DNA of 64,000 nucleotides, from contig NW_027266265.1 of NCBI RefSeq assembly GCF_022045235.1, positions 36,766,001 through 36,830,000 on the forward strand, written 5' to 3'. A model generated the notes under the pieces. That model had not been told where the DNA came from. It did not search any database and worked only from the letters and a program-made list of their open reading frames with translations. A program made the position numbers and the translations under genes. Numbering within the stretch: the stretch's first letter is position 1; the number at the start of each line of letters is the position of its first letter. This document shows, piece by piece, positions 40,301 through 53,322 of the stretch. Origin of the DNA: Haliotis cracherodii (Eukaryota).

Positions 40301-42245
40301 GTTATTATCACCTGCAGTGTGATGCTGGCTATTTATGTATTTTCTCAAACCAATGGAATTGGTTCAATAAAATCTTGTCATATTTATTTACGCCTTGAAA
40401 TTTGTTTGAAAATCTTAATCTGAATTGAATGTTCACAATGGAAGAGTGATCTATGTTTCTCCATATTGTAAACTGTGGACATAGTACGTGTTGTCGACCA
40501 ATATCCAAGCACACTTCAATGATATTGCGTTTTACTGCTAGCTGAGATATCAACTACTGAAATGTGCTATTAAGTTCCTGAGGAAACCGGACATGATGAT
40601 AAGAGGAGGGATTTTATGCTTGATATATCTCCCACAAAATGTCACTTACCCGAGTTCATGTTTCACGGAATATATCATTTGGGCTGCCAGAAAAGGGTTT
40701 GATGGCCATTTAAGTACCATAATATCTTGAATTGGCTGTCTGTATTTCAATTTTCATTTTAAAAACATGCAGCGAAACAAATAAGCAGGCGTGTCAATTT
40801 TTGTCAAAGCAGTCATTGACGATATCAAGGGGTAGACAGAGTGCACTGTATTGAAATGCAAATGTGTGCGCTGTCCTTGAAAATGAGCGATAGTTGTATT
40901 CAGAATACAATCTACATGTTGTTATGGCGCTTTGTATAAATAATATCTGAGCTGCTGCAATAAAACAAACCCGAAAGCCATAGTGATGTAGAGCATCAAA
41001 ACAAATGTTGCAAGATTCTTACTGCTTGGTTAGAAGGGAATGCAAACAGTTGGAATTTCCATGACAATAACATATCTTTACAGTTTATCAATTACACAAA
41101 CAAAACGATTGAATTCAAAAGTAACTATTAAATACGCTTGTCCGGGTATAGCTTATCAACCTACGAATTATTTGTAATTTCCATCAAACATGTACTTCTT
41201 GATTTGAAGATGCAATTTAACATTTTGCATACTGCTTATGTAATTAATAGGAGAAGTATCTATATAGATATTTAGTTGTGTGTTTTCCAACCACCTTCCC
41301 TGTAGGTGCTATTTGAAAAATACATATTGATTAAATCAGACCGCGAATTTGAAGATTCCGAACTGGATTGGTAGGATTGAAGATTACAATGAACAAACAA
41401 ATAGCTAATATATCCCTATTGTTTGACTACAAAGCAAAAGTGACAATCATTTATCAATACAAAGGAGATTGCATTTGGTAACTGTAGAGAGTGAAATTCA
41501 GCGGAATAAATGGTCCAACTTAAAAGCGTGTCATAAGTCATAATAACAACAACCAGACTGTAAAACAAGTCGTTTGATCATGTCTATCTTTGAAAACACC
41601 TTTGTGTTATACTTTAAGAGCATTTTCTTCTGAAAACACACGTCTTTACTTTTAGATGTACGTTTTTTCTGGGCAACCCTTATATAGTTACATATTGTCA
41701 AACTGATTTGCGCGTGTTTTATTCTTGGTAAGAGTTTTGGTCTAAACACGCCTTAAAAGAACACAATCATCACTATCACTACTGCTTCATCATGTCAAGG
41801 GCATACGTAAAGGGTAGAGACGGTTTATATACTTTTTTTCTAATGTTTACGACCTAATACATTTTAGCACAATCTTGCCTTTTACACCCAATGAAATCTG
41901 TTTCAACAGATAATCGAGCCTGAATATTCTCTGGCGTTGACGATTTATGTAGTTAAAGGGTCATCATTGAATGATTATTATATCAATATTCAGGAGTTAT
42001 CTATAGAAATTGAGATATCAAATTTAGTGATGCTCGTATTATCACAAATTCCTTGATTATGAAGTGTACAATTATCAAGATAATATGTTGAAGATAAGAG
42101 AGTTTTCTCAAGAAACGCAGTTGCAAATAAACGCCACAAAACCCTTTTCAGAATCATTCGAAAGCTGTGCTCGAAGCAGAGGCCATTGTACGATTCCGAC
42201 TATAATGATCACAAGCATGTGCGTATGAATGACTATCAGATAGTG

Positions 42246-42513
42246 GATTCCGGGGTAGAATAGGTCTTCAGCAACCCATGCTTGCCGTAAAAGGTGGATA
42301 TATATGCTTGTCGTAAAAGGCGACTAACGGGATCGGGTGGTCAGGCTCGCTGACTTGGTTGATGCATGTCATCGATCCCAATTGCGTGGATCGATGCTAA
42401 TGATTTTAATCACTGGATTGTCTGGTCCAGACTCGATTATTTACAGACCGCCGTCATATAGCTGGAATATTGTTGAGTGCGGCGTTAAACAACCAACCAA
42501 CCAACTAACCAAC
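42246..42513 (+). mobile_element. SINE family B, unit 11
   Basis: Array copy, 7 bp longer at the 5' end (GATTCCGGGGTAGAA). Confidence 0.78.
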
Positions 42514-43119
42514 CAGATAGTGATGATACCTGGCGGTTGCCAAAAAGTAAGCGTATCCTTCCTCATCGGTTCCACCGTCACAAACACATATAAAGACAAG
42601 TCAACAAAGACCACAAAACAAGCTGTTGTTCATATGTCAATCATGTTTTCAGAAGACATTGGTGTACTTTCGGCTTTTAACAGATACTACACGCATAAAA
42701 AGATGTTGTGAGTTTTCATAGTGACAGTCCCTTTGTGAGAAGAAACCAATATATGTCCCTTTCAGTTAGGAAATAAAGCTGTTGTAGTTTATAGTTAATG
42801 TGCAGTAAGATAAATAAAATTCGGGGAGAATAATGTAGTATCTGGGGACTTCTGCAGTATATTCAGCAGAGGCTATTTTCTTGTGAGCAGGCTGCTGTAT
42901 TACACGGAAACGGTTAGCATAGTTGACCCCGTGTGGTACAGTGCTACTGCTGTACTGTGGCGAGGCTGTACTGGTGTGTTGCGTCAGTTTTCTGGTCTCT
43001 TGTTATGTCGTATCACACAGATGCATTATAATGTCTGATGTATGTTGCTCTCACATCATATATTTGCTGGATACACACTTTTCAGACCATTATCGAATAT
43101 TTACTTAATAAAGGTTAAA

Positions 43120-43285
43120 GTGAGTGAGTGAGTATGGTTTTACGCCGCTTTTAGCAATATTCCAGCAATATCACGGCGGGGGACATCAGCAATGGGCTTC
43201 ACACATTGTACCCATGTCGGAAATCGAACCCGTGTCTTCGGCGTAACGAGCGAACGCTTTAACCACTAGGCTACCCGACCGCCCC
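43120..43285 (-). mobile_element. SINE family A, unit 11
   Basis: Array copy of 1431..1596. Confidence 0.85.
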
Positions 43286-43928
43286 TAAATGATATAGGTT
43301 AAACATTGAGTATCGAGGACTGTTTGAAATGCAGTTAGACGATTCCAGAGAGAGTGTCTCTGTTTGCCACCTTTTTATACGTTGTCTTGTACTTCCTTAA
43401 TCGATGTTCATGAATACCAGCTCGCATGTGTACCCGTAGGGTGATAACCTCGGGCCCTTTGATGCGAAAAGAATGCTTACTGTACACCATTAAGCTGAGG
43501 TGCGTTACTTACCTGGAAGTGGCCAGCCCAAGGTAAATCAATCACGTATAATTCACAAATGGTATATATAAAGGACGGGGGAAACTGTTCCATCATCTCT
43601 TATCTTCACCTTCCGTTGAGACACAGATACGAGTAAAGACCAAACTGCAAGTACTATTTTAAGCTTTGCTTGTGATGCTTTTAATTTTTGATTCATCTGT
43701 TGCGCATCTGGCTGTTTTTAATCTTCATGTTGAGACAATTTATACAAGTACGAATATGTAACATAAAACGTTCTTGTAAATTGGGAAATATATGAATGCG
43801 GGTGAAAGTAAAACTGATAACATAATTCACAATGAGTGGTGTGAACTGAATTTACCAGATGAGTAACGATAACATGCTATTTTACCTTTCTTGACAATGA
43901 TTTTCACGTTACTCAATAGATACTCAAA

Positions 43929-44539
43929 ATGATGAAGATAGTCGCCGCTCTTGTTGCCTGCCTGGCTGTTACCGCCTTTGCCGAGCCTACCGGTCTGTAT
44001 GGTGGAATTGGCGGGTTGAAAGGAGGACTGGGCGGAATTGGCTACGGAATGGGTGGATTGTACGGAGGCCTTGGAGGTCTTGGAGGCTATGGAGGTCTTG
44101 GAGGCTATGGAGGTCTATACGGAGGCATGCATATGGGAGGTCTATACGGAGGCATTGGAGGTCTATACGGAGGCAAATACGGATACGGCATGGGAGGTCT
44201 GTACGGAGGACTTGGAGGCTATGGTGGTCTCTACGGAATGGGAGGATACGGAATTGGATTGGGAAAAGGTATTTCACAAAATATGATATCATTTGTTTAT
44301 CGTATCCGTAAATATACCTCCAGTCTCGTTTGCAAAATTGTATAATTTACCTATGTGGTATTACTATTTTCCGCGTCAAAGCTGATGACATTTACAAAAC
44401 ATCTTTAAAACTATTCTCTGCTTTCTCTAATATTTGGTATAATTTATCATGCAGCTAGTTTCAAGACTTCGTTGTGACTTATCCATACATCCCAACTTTA
44501 TTCTACTATTTTTTTGTTTCAGGTATCGGCTATTATTGA
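43929..44539 (+). CDS. Gly/Tyr-rich secreted protein copy 11, 118 aa; join(43929..44268,44523..44539)
   Basis: Variant with an extra GGLGGY, GGMHMGGLY and GGIGGLY. Splice sites intact. Confidence 0.88.
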
Positions 44540-46487
44540 GTTATTATCACCTGCAGTGTGATGCTGTCTATTTATGTATTTTCTCAAACCAATGGAATTG
44601 GTTCAATAAAATCTTGTCATATTTATTTACGCCTTGAAATTTGTTTGAAAATCTTAATCTGAATTGAATGTTCACAATGGAAGAGTGATCTATGTTTCTC
44701 CATATTGTAAACTGTGGACATAGTACGTGTTGTCGACAAATATATCCAAGCACACTTCAATGATATTGCGTTTTACTGCTAGCTGAGATATCAACTACTG
44801 AAATGTGCTATTAAGTTCCTGAGGAAACCGGACATGATGATAAGAGGAGGGATTTTATGCTTGATATATCTCCCACAAAATGTCACTTACCCGAGTTCAT
44901 GTTTCACGGGAATGTATCATTTGGGCTGCCAGAAAAGGGTTTGATGGCCATTTAAGTACCATAATATCTTGAATTGGCTGTCTGTATTTCAATTTGCATT
45001 TTAAAAACATGCAGCGAAACAAATAAGCAGGCGTGTCAATTTTTGTCAAAGCAGTCATTGACGATATCAAGGGGTAGACAGTGTGCACTGTATTGAAATG
45101 CAGATGTGTGCGCTGTCCTTGAAAATGAGCGATAGTTGTATTCACAATACAATCTACATGTTGTTATGGCGCTTTGTATAAATAATATCTGAGCTGCTGC
45201 AATAAAACAAACCCGAAAGCCATAGTGATGTAGAGCATCAAAACAAATGTTGCAAGATTCTTACTGCTTGGTTAGAAGGGAATGCAAACAGTTGGAATTT
45301 CCATGACAATAACATATCTTTACAGTTTATCAATTACACAAACAAAACGATTGAATTCAAAAGTAACTATTAAATACGCTTGTCCGGGTATAGCTTATCA
45401 ACCTACGATTTTTTTGTAATTTCCATCAAACATGTACTTCTTGATTTGATGATGCAATTTAACATTTTGCATACTGCTTATGTAATTAATAGGAGAAGTA
45501 TCTATATAGATATTTAGTTGTGTGTTTACTAACCACCTTCCCTGTAGGCGCTATTTGTAAAATACATATTGATTAAATCAGACCGCGAATTTGAAGATTC
45601 CGAACTGGATTGGTAGGATTGAAGATTACAATGAACAAACAAATAGCTAATATATCCCTATTGTTTGACTACAAAGCAAAAGTGACAATCATTTATCAAT
45701 ATAAAGGAGATTGCATTTGGTAACTGTAGAGAGTGAAATTCAGCGGAATAAATGGTCCAACTTTAAAGCGTGGCATAAGTCTTTATAACAACAACCAGAC
45801 TGTAAAAACAAGTCGTTTGATCATGTCTATCTTTGAAAACACCTTTGTGTTATACTTTAAGAGCATTTTCTTCTGAAAACACACGTCTTTACTTTTAGAT
45901 GTACGGTTTTTCCGGGCAACCCTTATATAGTTACACATTGTCAAACTGATTTGCGCGTGTTTTATTCTTGGTAAGAGTTTTGGTCTAAACACGCCTTAAA
46001 AGAACACAATCATCACTATCAAAACTGCTTCATCATGTCAAGGGCATACGTAAAGGGTAGAGACGATTTATATACTTTCTTCTAATGTTTACGACCTAAT
46101 ACATTTTAGCACAATCTTGTCTTTTACACCCAATGAAATCTGTTTCAGCAGATAATCGAGCCTGAATATTCTCTGGCGTTGACGATTTATGTAGTTAAAT
46201 GGTCATCACTGAATTATTATTATATCAATATTCAGGCGTTATCTATAGAAATTGAGATATCAAATTTAGTGATGCTCGTATTATCACAAATTCCTTGATA
46301 ATGAAGTGTACAATTATCAAGATGATATGTTGAAGATAAGAGAGTTTTCTCAAGAAACGCAGTTGCAAATAAACGCCACAAAACCCTTTTCAGAATCATT
46401 CGAAAGCTGTGCTCGAAGCAGAGGCCATTGTACGATTCCGACTATAATGATCACAAGCATGTGCGTATGAATGACTATCAGATAGTG

Positions 46488-46755
46488 GATTCCGGGGTAG
46501 AATAGGTCTTCAGCAACCCATGCTTGCCGTAAAAGGTGGATATATATGCTTGTCGTAAAAGGCGACTAACGGGATCGGGTGGTCAGGCTCGCTGACTTGG
46601 TTGATGCATGTCATCGATCCCAATTGCGTGGATCGATGCTAATGATTTTAATCACTGGATTGTCTGGTCCAGACTCGATTATTTACAGACCGCCGTCATA
46701 TAGCTGGAATATTGTTGAGTGCGGCGTTAAACAACCAACCAACCAACTAACCAAC
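46488..46755 (+). mobile_element. SINE family B, unit 12
   Basis: As unit 11. Confidence 0.78.
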
Positions 46756-47322
46756 CAGATAGTGATGATACCTGGCGGTTGCCAAAAAGTAAGCGTATCC
46801 TTCCTCATCGGTTCCACCGTCACAAACACATAAAAAGACAAGTCAACAAAGACGACAAAACAAGCTGTTGTTTCGGCTTTTAACAGATACTACACGCATA
46901 AAAAGATGTTGTGAGTTTTCATAGTGACAGTCCCTTTGTGAGAAGAAACCAATATATGTCCCTTTCAGTTAGGAAATAAAGCTGTTGTAGTTTATAGTTA
47001 TTGTGCAGTAAGATAAATAAAATTCGGGGAGAATAATGTAGTATCTGGGGACTGCTGTAGTATATTCAGCAGAAGCTATTTTCTTGTGAGCAGGCTGCTG
47101 TATTACACGGAAACGGTAAGCATAGTTGACCCCGTGTGGTACAGTGCTACTGCTGTACTGTGGCGAGGCTGTACTGGTGTGTTGCGTCAGTTTTCTGGTC
47201 TCTTGTTATGTCGTATCACACAGATGCATTATAATGTCTGATGTATGTTGCTCCCACATCATATATTTACTGGATACACACTTTTCAGACCATTATCGAA
47301 TATTTACTTAATATAGGTTAAA

Positions 47323-47488
47323 GTGAGTGAGTGAGTATGGTTTTACGCCGCTTTTAGCAATATTCCAGCAATATCACGGCGGGGGACATCAGCAATGGGC
47401 TTCACACATTGTACCTATGTCGGAAATCGAACCCGTGTCTTCGGCGTAACGAGCGAACGCTTTAACCACTAGGCTACCCGACCGCCCC
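47323..47488 (-). mobile_element. SINE family A, unit 12 (old copy)
   Basis: Array copy; TAATATAGGTTAAA is perfect on both flanks. Confidence 0.87.
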
Positions 47489-47593
47489 TAAATAATATAG
47501 GTTAAACATTGAGTATCGAGGACTGTTTGAAATGCAGTTAGACGATGACAGAGAGAGTGTCTCTGTTTGCCACCTTTATATACGTTGTCTTGT

Positions 47594-47759
47594 GGGGAGG
47601 TCGGGTAGCCTAGTGGTTTAAGCGTTCGCTCGTCATGCCGAAGACCCGGGTTCGATTCCCGACATGGGTACAATGTGTGAAGCCCATTTCTGGTGTCCCC
47701 CGCCGTGATATTGCTGGAATATTGCAAAAAGCGGCGTAAAACCATACTCACTCACTCAT
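47594..47759 (+). mobile_element. SINE family A, extra younger insertion in unit 12
   Basis: Full length with A box and B box GGTTCGATTCC. Perfect 10-bp TSD GTTGTCTTGT (47584-47593, 47760-47769). Site is empty in 13 other units. Confidence 0.95.
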
Positions 47760-48304
47760 GTTGTCTTGTACTTCCTTAATCGATGTTTCATGAATAGCAG
47801 CTCGCATGTGTACCCGTAGGGTGATAACCTCGGGCCCTTTGATGCGAAAAGAATGCTTTACACCATTAAGCTGAGGTGCGTTACTTACCTGGAAGTGGCC
47901 AGCCCAAGGTAAATCAATCACGTATAATTCACAAATGGTATATATAAAGGACGGGGGAAACTGTTCCATCATCTCTTATCTTCACCTTCCGTTGAGACAC
48001 AGATACGAGTAAAGACCAAACTGCAAGTACTATTTTAAGCTTTGCTTGTGATGCTTTTAATTTTTGATTCATCTGTTGCGCATCTGGCTGTTTTTAATCT
48101 TCATGTTGAGACAATTTATACAAGTACGAATATGTAACATAAAACGTTCTTGTAAATTGGGAAATATATGAATGCGGGTGAAAGTAAAACTGATAACATA
48201 ATTCACAATGAGTGGTGTGAACTGAATTTACCAGATGAGTAACGATAACATGCTATTTTACCTTTCTTGACAATGATTTTCACGTTACTCAATAGATACT
48301 CAAA

Positions 48305-48915
48305 ATGATGAAGATAGTCGCCGCTCTTGTTGCCTGCCTGGCTGTTACCGCCTTTGCCGAGCCTACCGGTCTGTATGGTGGAATTGGCGGGTTGAAAGGA
48401 GGACTGGGCGGAATTGGCTACGGAATGGGTGGATTGTACGGAGGCCTTGGAGGTCTTGGAGGCTATGGAGGTCTTGGAGGCTATGGAGGTCTATACGGAG
48501 GCATGCATATGGGAGGTCTATACGGAGGCATTGGAGGTCTATACGGAGGCAAATACGGATACGGCATGGGAGGTCTGTACGGAGGACTTGGAGGCTATGG
48601 TGGTCTCTACGGAATGGGAGGATACGGAATTGGATTGGGCAAAGGTATTTCACAAAATATGATATCATTTGTTTATCGTATCCGTAAATATACCTCCAGT
48701 CTCGTTTGCAAAATTGTATAATTTACCTATGTGGTATTACTATTTTCCGCGACAAAGCTGATGACATTTACAAAACATCTTTAAAACTATTCTCTGCTTT
48801 CTCTAATATTTGGTATAATTTATCATGCAGCTAGTTTCAAGACTTCGTTGTGACTTATCCATACATCCCAACTTTATTCTACTATTTTTTTGTTTCAGGT
48901 ATCGGCTATTATTGA
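48305..48915 (+). CDS. Gly/Tyr-rich secreted protein copy 12, 118 aa; join(48305..48644,48899..48915)
   Basis: Same protein as copy 11, with a synonymous GGA>GGC near the donor. Confidence 0.88.
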
Positions 48916-50863
48916 GTTATTATCACCTGCAGTGTGATGCTGGCTATTTATGTATTTTCTCAAACCAATGGAATTGGTTCAATAAAATCTTGTCATATTT
49001 ATTTACGCCTTGAAATTTGTTTGAAAATCTTAATCTGAATTGAATGTTCACAATGGAAGAGTGATCTATGTTTCTCCATATTGTAAACTGTGGACATAGT
49101 ACGTGTTGTCGACAAATATATCCAAGCACACTTCAATGATATTGCGTTTTACTGCTAGCTGAGATATCAACTACTGAAATGTGCTATTAAGTTCCTGAGG
49201 AAACCGGACATGATGATAAGAGGAGGGATTTTATGCTTGATATATCTCCCACAAAATGTCACTTACCCGAGTTCATGTTTCACGGGAATGTATCATTTGG
49301 GCTGCCAGAAAAGGGTTTGATAGCCATTTAAGTACCATAATATCTTGAATTGGCTGTCTGTATTTCAATTTGCATTTTAAAAACATGCAGCGAAACAAAT
49401 AAGCAGGCGTGTCAATTTTTGTCAAAGCAGTCATTGACGATATCAAGGGGTAGACAGTGTGCACTGTATTGAAATGCAGATGTGTGCGCTGTCCTTGAAA
49501 ATGAGCGATAGTTGTATTCACAATACAATCTACATGTTGTTATGGCGCTTTGTATAAATAATATCTGAGCTGCTGCAATAAAACAAACCCGAAAGCCATA
49601 GTGATGTAGAGCATCAAAACAAATGTTGCAAGATTCTTACTGCTTGGTTAGAAGGGAATGCATACAGTTGGAATTTCCATGACAATAACATATCTTTACA
49701 GTTTATCAATTACACAAACAAAACGATTGAATTCAAAAGTAACTATTAAATACGCTTGTCCGGGTATAGCTTATCAACCTACGATTTTTTTGTAATTTCC
49801 ATCAAACATGTACTTCTTGATTTGATGATGCAATTTAACATTTTGCATACTGCTTATGTAATTAATAGGAGAAGTATCTATATAGATATTTAGTTGTGTG
49901 TTTACTAACCACCTTCCCTGTAGGCGCTATTTGTAAAATACATATTGATTAAATCAGACCGCGAATTTGAAGATTCCGAACTGGATTGGTAGGATTGAAG
50001 ATTACAATGAACAAACAAATAGCTAATATATCCCTATTGTTTGACTACAAAGCAAAAGTGACAATCATTTATCAATACAAAGGAGATTGCATTTGGTAAC
50101 TGTAGAGAGTGAAATTCAGCGGAATAAATGGTCCAACTTTAAAGCGTGGCATAAGTCTTTATAACAACAACCAGACTGTAAAAACAAGTCGTTTGATCAT
50201 GTCTATCTTTGAAAACACCTTTGTGTTATACTTTAAGAGCATTTTCTTCTGAAAACACACGTCTTTACTTTTAGATGTACGGTTTTTCCGGGCAACCCTT
50301 ATATAGTTACACATTGTCAAACTGATTTGCGCGTGTTTTATTCTTGGTAAGAGTTTTGGTCTAAACACGCCTTAAAAGAACACAATCATCACTATCAAAA
50401 CTGCTTCATCATGTCAAGGGCATACATAAAGGGTAGAGACGATTTATATACTTTCTTCTAATGTTTACGACCTAATACATTTTAGCACAATCTTGCCTTT
50501 TACACCCAATGAAATCTGTTTCAGCAGATAATCGAGCCTGAATATTCTCTGGCGTTGACGATTTATGTAGTTAAATGGTCATCACTGAATGATTATTATA
50601 TCAATATTCAGGCGTTATCTATAGAAATTGAGATATCAAATTTAGTGATGCTCGTATTATCACAAATTCCTTGATAATGAAGTGTACAATTATCAAGATG
50701 ATATGTTGAAGATAAGAGAGTTTTCTCAAGAAACACAGTTGCAAATAAACGCCACAAAACCCTTTTCAGAATCATTCGAAAGCTGTGCTCGAAGCAGAGG
50801 CCATTGTACGATTCCGACTATAATGATCACAAGCATGTGCGTATGAATGACTATCAGATAGTG

Positions 50864-51131
50864 GATTCCGGGGTAGAATAGGTCTTCAGCAACCCATGCT
50901 TGCCGTAAAAGGTGGATATATATGCTTGTCGTAAAAGGCGACTAACGGGATCGGGTGGTCAGGCTCGCTGACTTGGTTGATGCATGTCATCGATCCCAAT
51001 TGCGTGGATCGATGCTAATGATTTTAATCACTGGATTGTCTGGTCCAGACTCGATTATTTACAGACCGCCGTCATATAGCTGGAATATTGTTGAGTGCGG
51101 CGTTAAACAACCAACCAACCAACTAACCAAC
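50864..51131 (+). mobile_element. SINE family B, unit 13
   Basis: As unit 11. Confidence 0.78.
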
Positions 51132-51698
51132 CAGATAGTGATGATACCTGGCGGTTGCCAAAAAGTAAGCGTATCCTTCCTCATCGGTTCCACCGTCACA
51201 AACACATAAAAAGACAAGTCAACAAAGACGACAAAACAAGCTGTTGTTTCGGCTTTTAACAGATACTACACGCATAAAAAGATGTTGTGAGTTTTCATAG
51301 TGACAGTCCCTTTGTGAGAAGAAACCAATATATGTCCCTTTCAGTTAGGAAATAAAGCTGTTGTAGTTTATAGTTATTGTGCAGTAAGATAAATAAAATT
51401 CGGGGAGAATAATGTAGTATCTGGGGACTGCTGTAGTATATTCAGCAGAGGCTATTTTCTTGTGAGCAGGCTGCTGTATTACACGGAAACGGTAAGCATA
51501 GTTGACCCCGTGTGGTACAGTGCTACTGCTGTACTGTGGCGAGGCTGTACTGGTGTGTTGCGTCAGTTTTCTGGTCTCTTGTTATGTCGTATCACACAGA
51601 TGCATTATAATGTCTGATGTATGTTGCTCCCACATCATATATTTACTGGATACACACTTTTCAGACCATTATCGAATATTTACTTAATATAGGTTAAA

Positions 51699-51864
51699 GT
51701 GAGTGAGTGAGTATGGTTTTACGCCGCTTTTAGCAATATTCCAGCAATATCACGGCGGGGGACATCAGCAATGGGCTTCACACATTGTACCTATGTCGGA
51801 AATCGAACCCGTGTCTTCGGCGTAACGAGCGAACGCTTTAACCACTAGGCTACCCGACCGCCCC
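51699..51864 (-). mobile_element. SINE family A, unit 13 (old copy)
   Basis: As unit 12. Confidence 0.87.
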
Positions 51865-51969
51865 TAAATAATATAGGTTAAACATTGAGTATCGAGGACT
51901 GTTTGAAATGCAGTTAGACGATGACAGAGAGAGTGTCTCTGTTTGCCACCTTTATATACGTTGTCTTGT

Positions 51970-52135
51970 GGGGAGGTCGGGTAGCCTAGTGGTTTAAGCG
52001 TTCGCTCGTCATGCCGAAGACCCGGGTTCGATTCCCGACATGGGTACAATGTGTGAAGCCCATTTCTGGTGTCCCCCGCCGTGATATTGCTGGAATATTG
52101 CAAAAAGCGGCGTAAAACCATACTCACTCACTCAT
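51970..52135 (+). mobile_element. SINE family A, extra younger insertion in unit 13
   Basis: Same insertion and TSD as 47594..47759, offset by 4376 bp. Confidence 0.95.
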
Positions 52136-52690
52136 GTTGTCTTGTACTTCCTTAATCGATGTTTCATGAATAGCAGCTCGCATGTGTACCCGTAGGGTGA
52201 TAACCTCGGGCCCTTTGATGCGAAAAGAATGCTTTACACCATTAAGCTGAGGTGCGTTACTTACCTGGAAGTGGCCAGCCCAAGGTAAATCAATCACGTA
52301 TAATTCACAAATGGTATATATAAAGGACGGGGGAAACTGTTCCATCATCTCTTATCTTCACCTTCCGTTGAGACACAGATACGAGTAAAGACCAAACTGC
52401 AAGTACTATTTTAAGCTTTGCTTGTGATATATATGTATACTTTTAATTTTTGATTCATCTGCTGCGCATCTGGCTGCTTTTAATCTTCATGTTGAGCCAA
52501 TTTATAAAAGTACGAATATGTAACATAAAACGTTCTTGTAAATTGGGAAATATATGAATGCGGGTGAAAGCAAAACTGATAACATAATTCACAATGAGTG
52601 GTGTGAACTGAATTTACCAGATGAGTAACGATAACATGCTATTTTACCTTTCTTGACAATGATTTTCACGTTACTCAATAGATACTCAAA

Positions 52691-53322
52691 ATGATGAAGA
52701 TAGTCGCCGCTCTTGTTGCCTGCCTGGCTGTTACCGCCTTTGCCGAGCCTACCGGTCTGTATGGTGGAATTGGCGGGTTGAAAGGAGGACTGGGCGGAAT
52801 TGGCTACGGAATGGGTGGATTGTACGGAGGCCTTGGAGGTCTTGGAGGCTATGGAGGTCTTGGAGGCTATGGAGGTCTGTACGGAGGCATGGGAGGTCTA
52901 TACGGAGGCATGCATATGGGAGGTCTGTACGGAGGCATTGGAGGTCTATACGGAGGCAAATACGGATACGGCATGGGAGGTCTGTACGGAGGACTTGGAG
53001 GCTATGGTGGTCTCTACGGAATGGGAGGATACGGAATTGGATTGGGCAAAGGTATTTCACAAAATATGATATCATTTGTTTATCGTATCCGTAAATATAC
53101 CTCCAGTCTCGTTTGCAAAATTGTATAATTTACCTATGTGGTATTACTATTTTCTGCGACAAAGCTGATGACATTTACAAAACATCTTTAAAACTATTCT
53201 CTGCTTTCTCTAATATTTGGTATAATTTATCATGCAGCTAGTTTCAAGACTTCGTTGTGACTTATCCATACATCCCAACTTTATTCTACTATTTTTTTGT
53301 TTCAGGTATCGGCTATTATTGA
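52691..53322 (+). CDS. Gly/Tyr-rich secreted protein copy 13, 125 aa; join(52691..53051,53306..53322)
   Basis: Copy-12 type plus one more GGMGGLY repeat. Confidence 0.88.
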
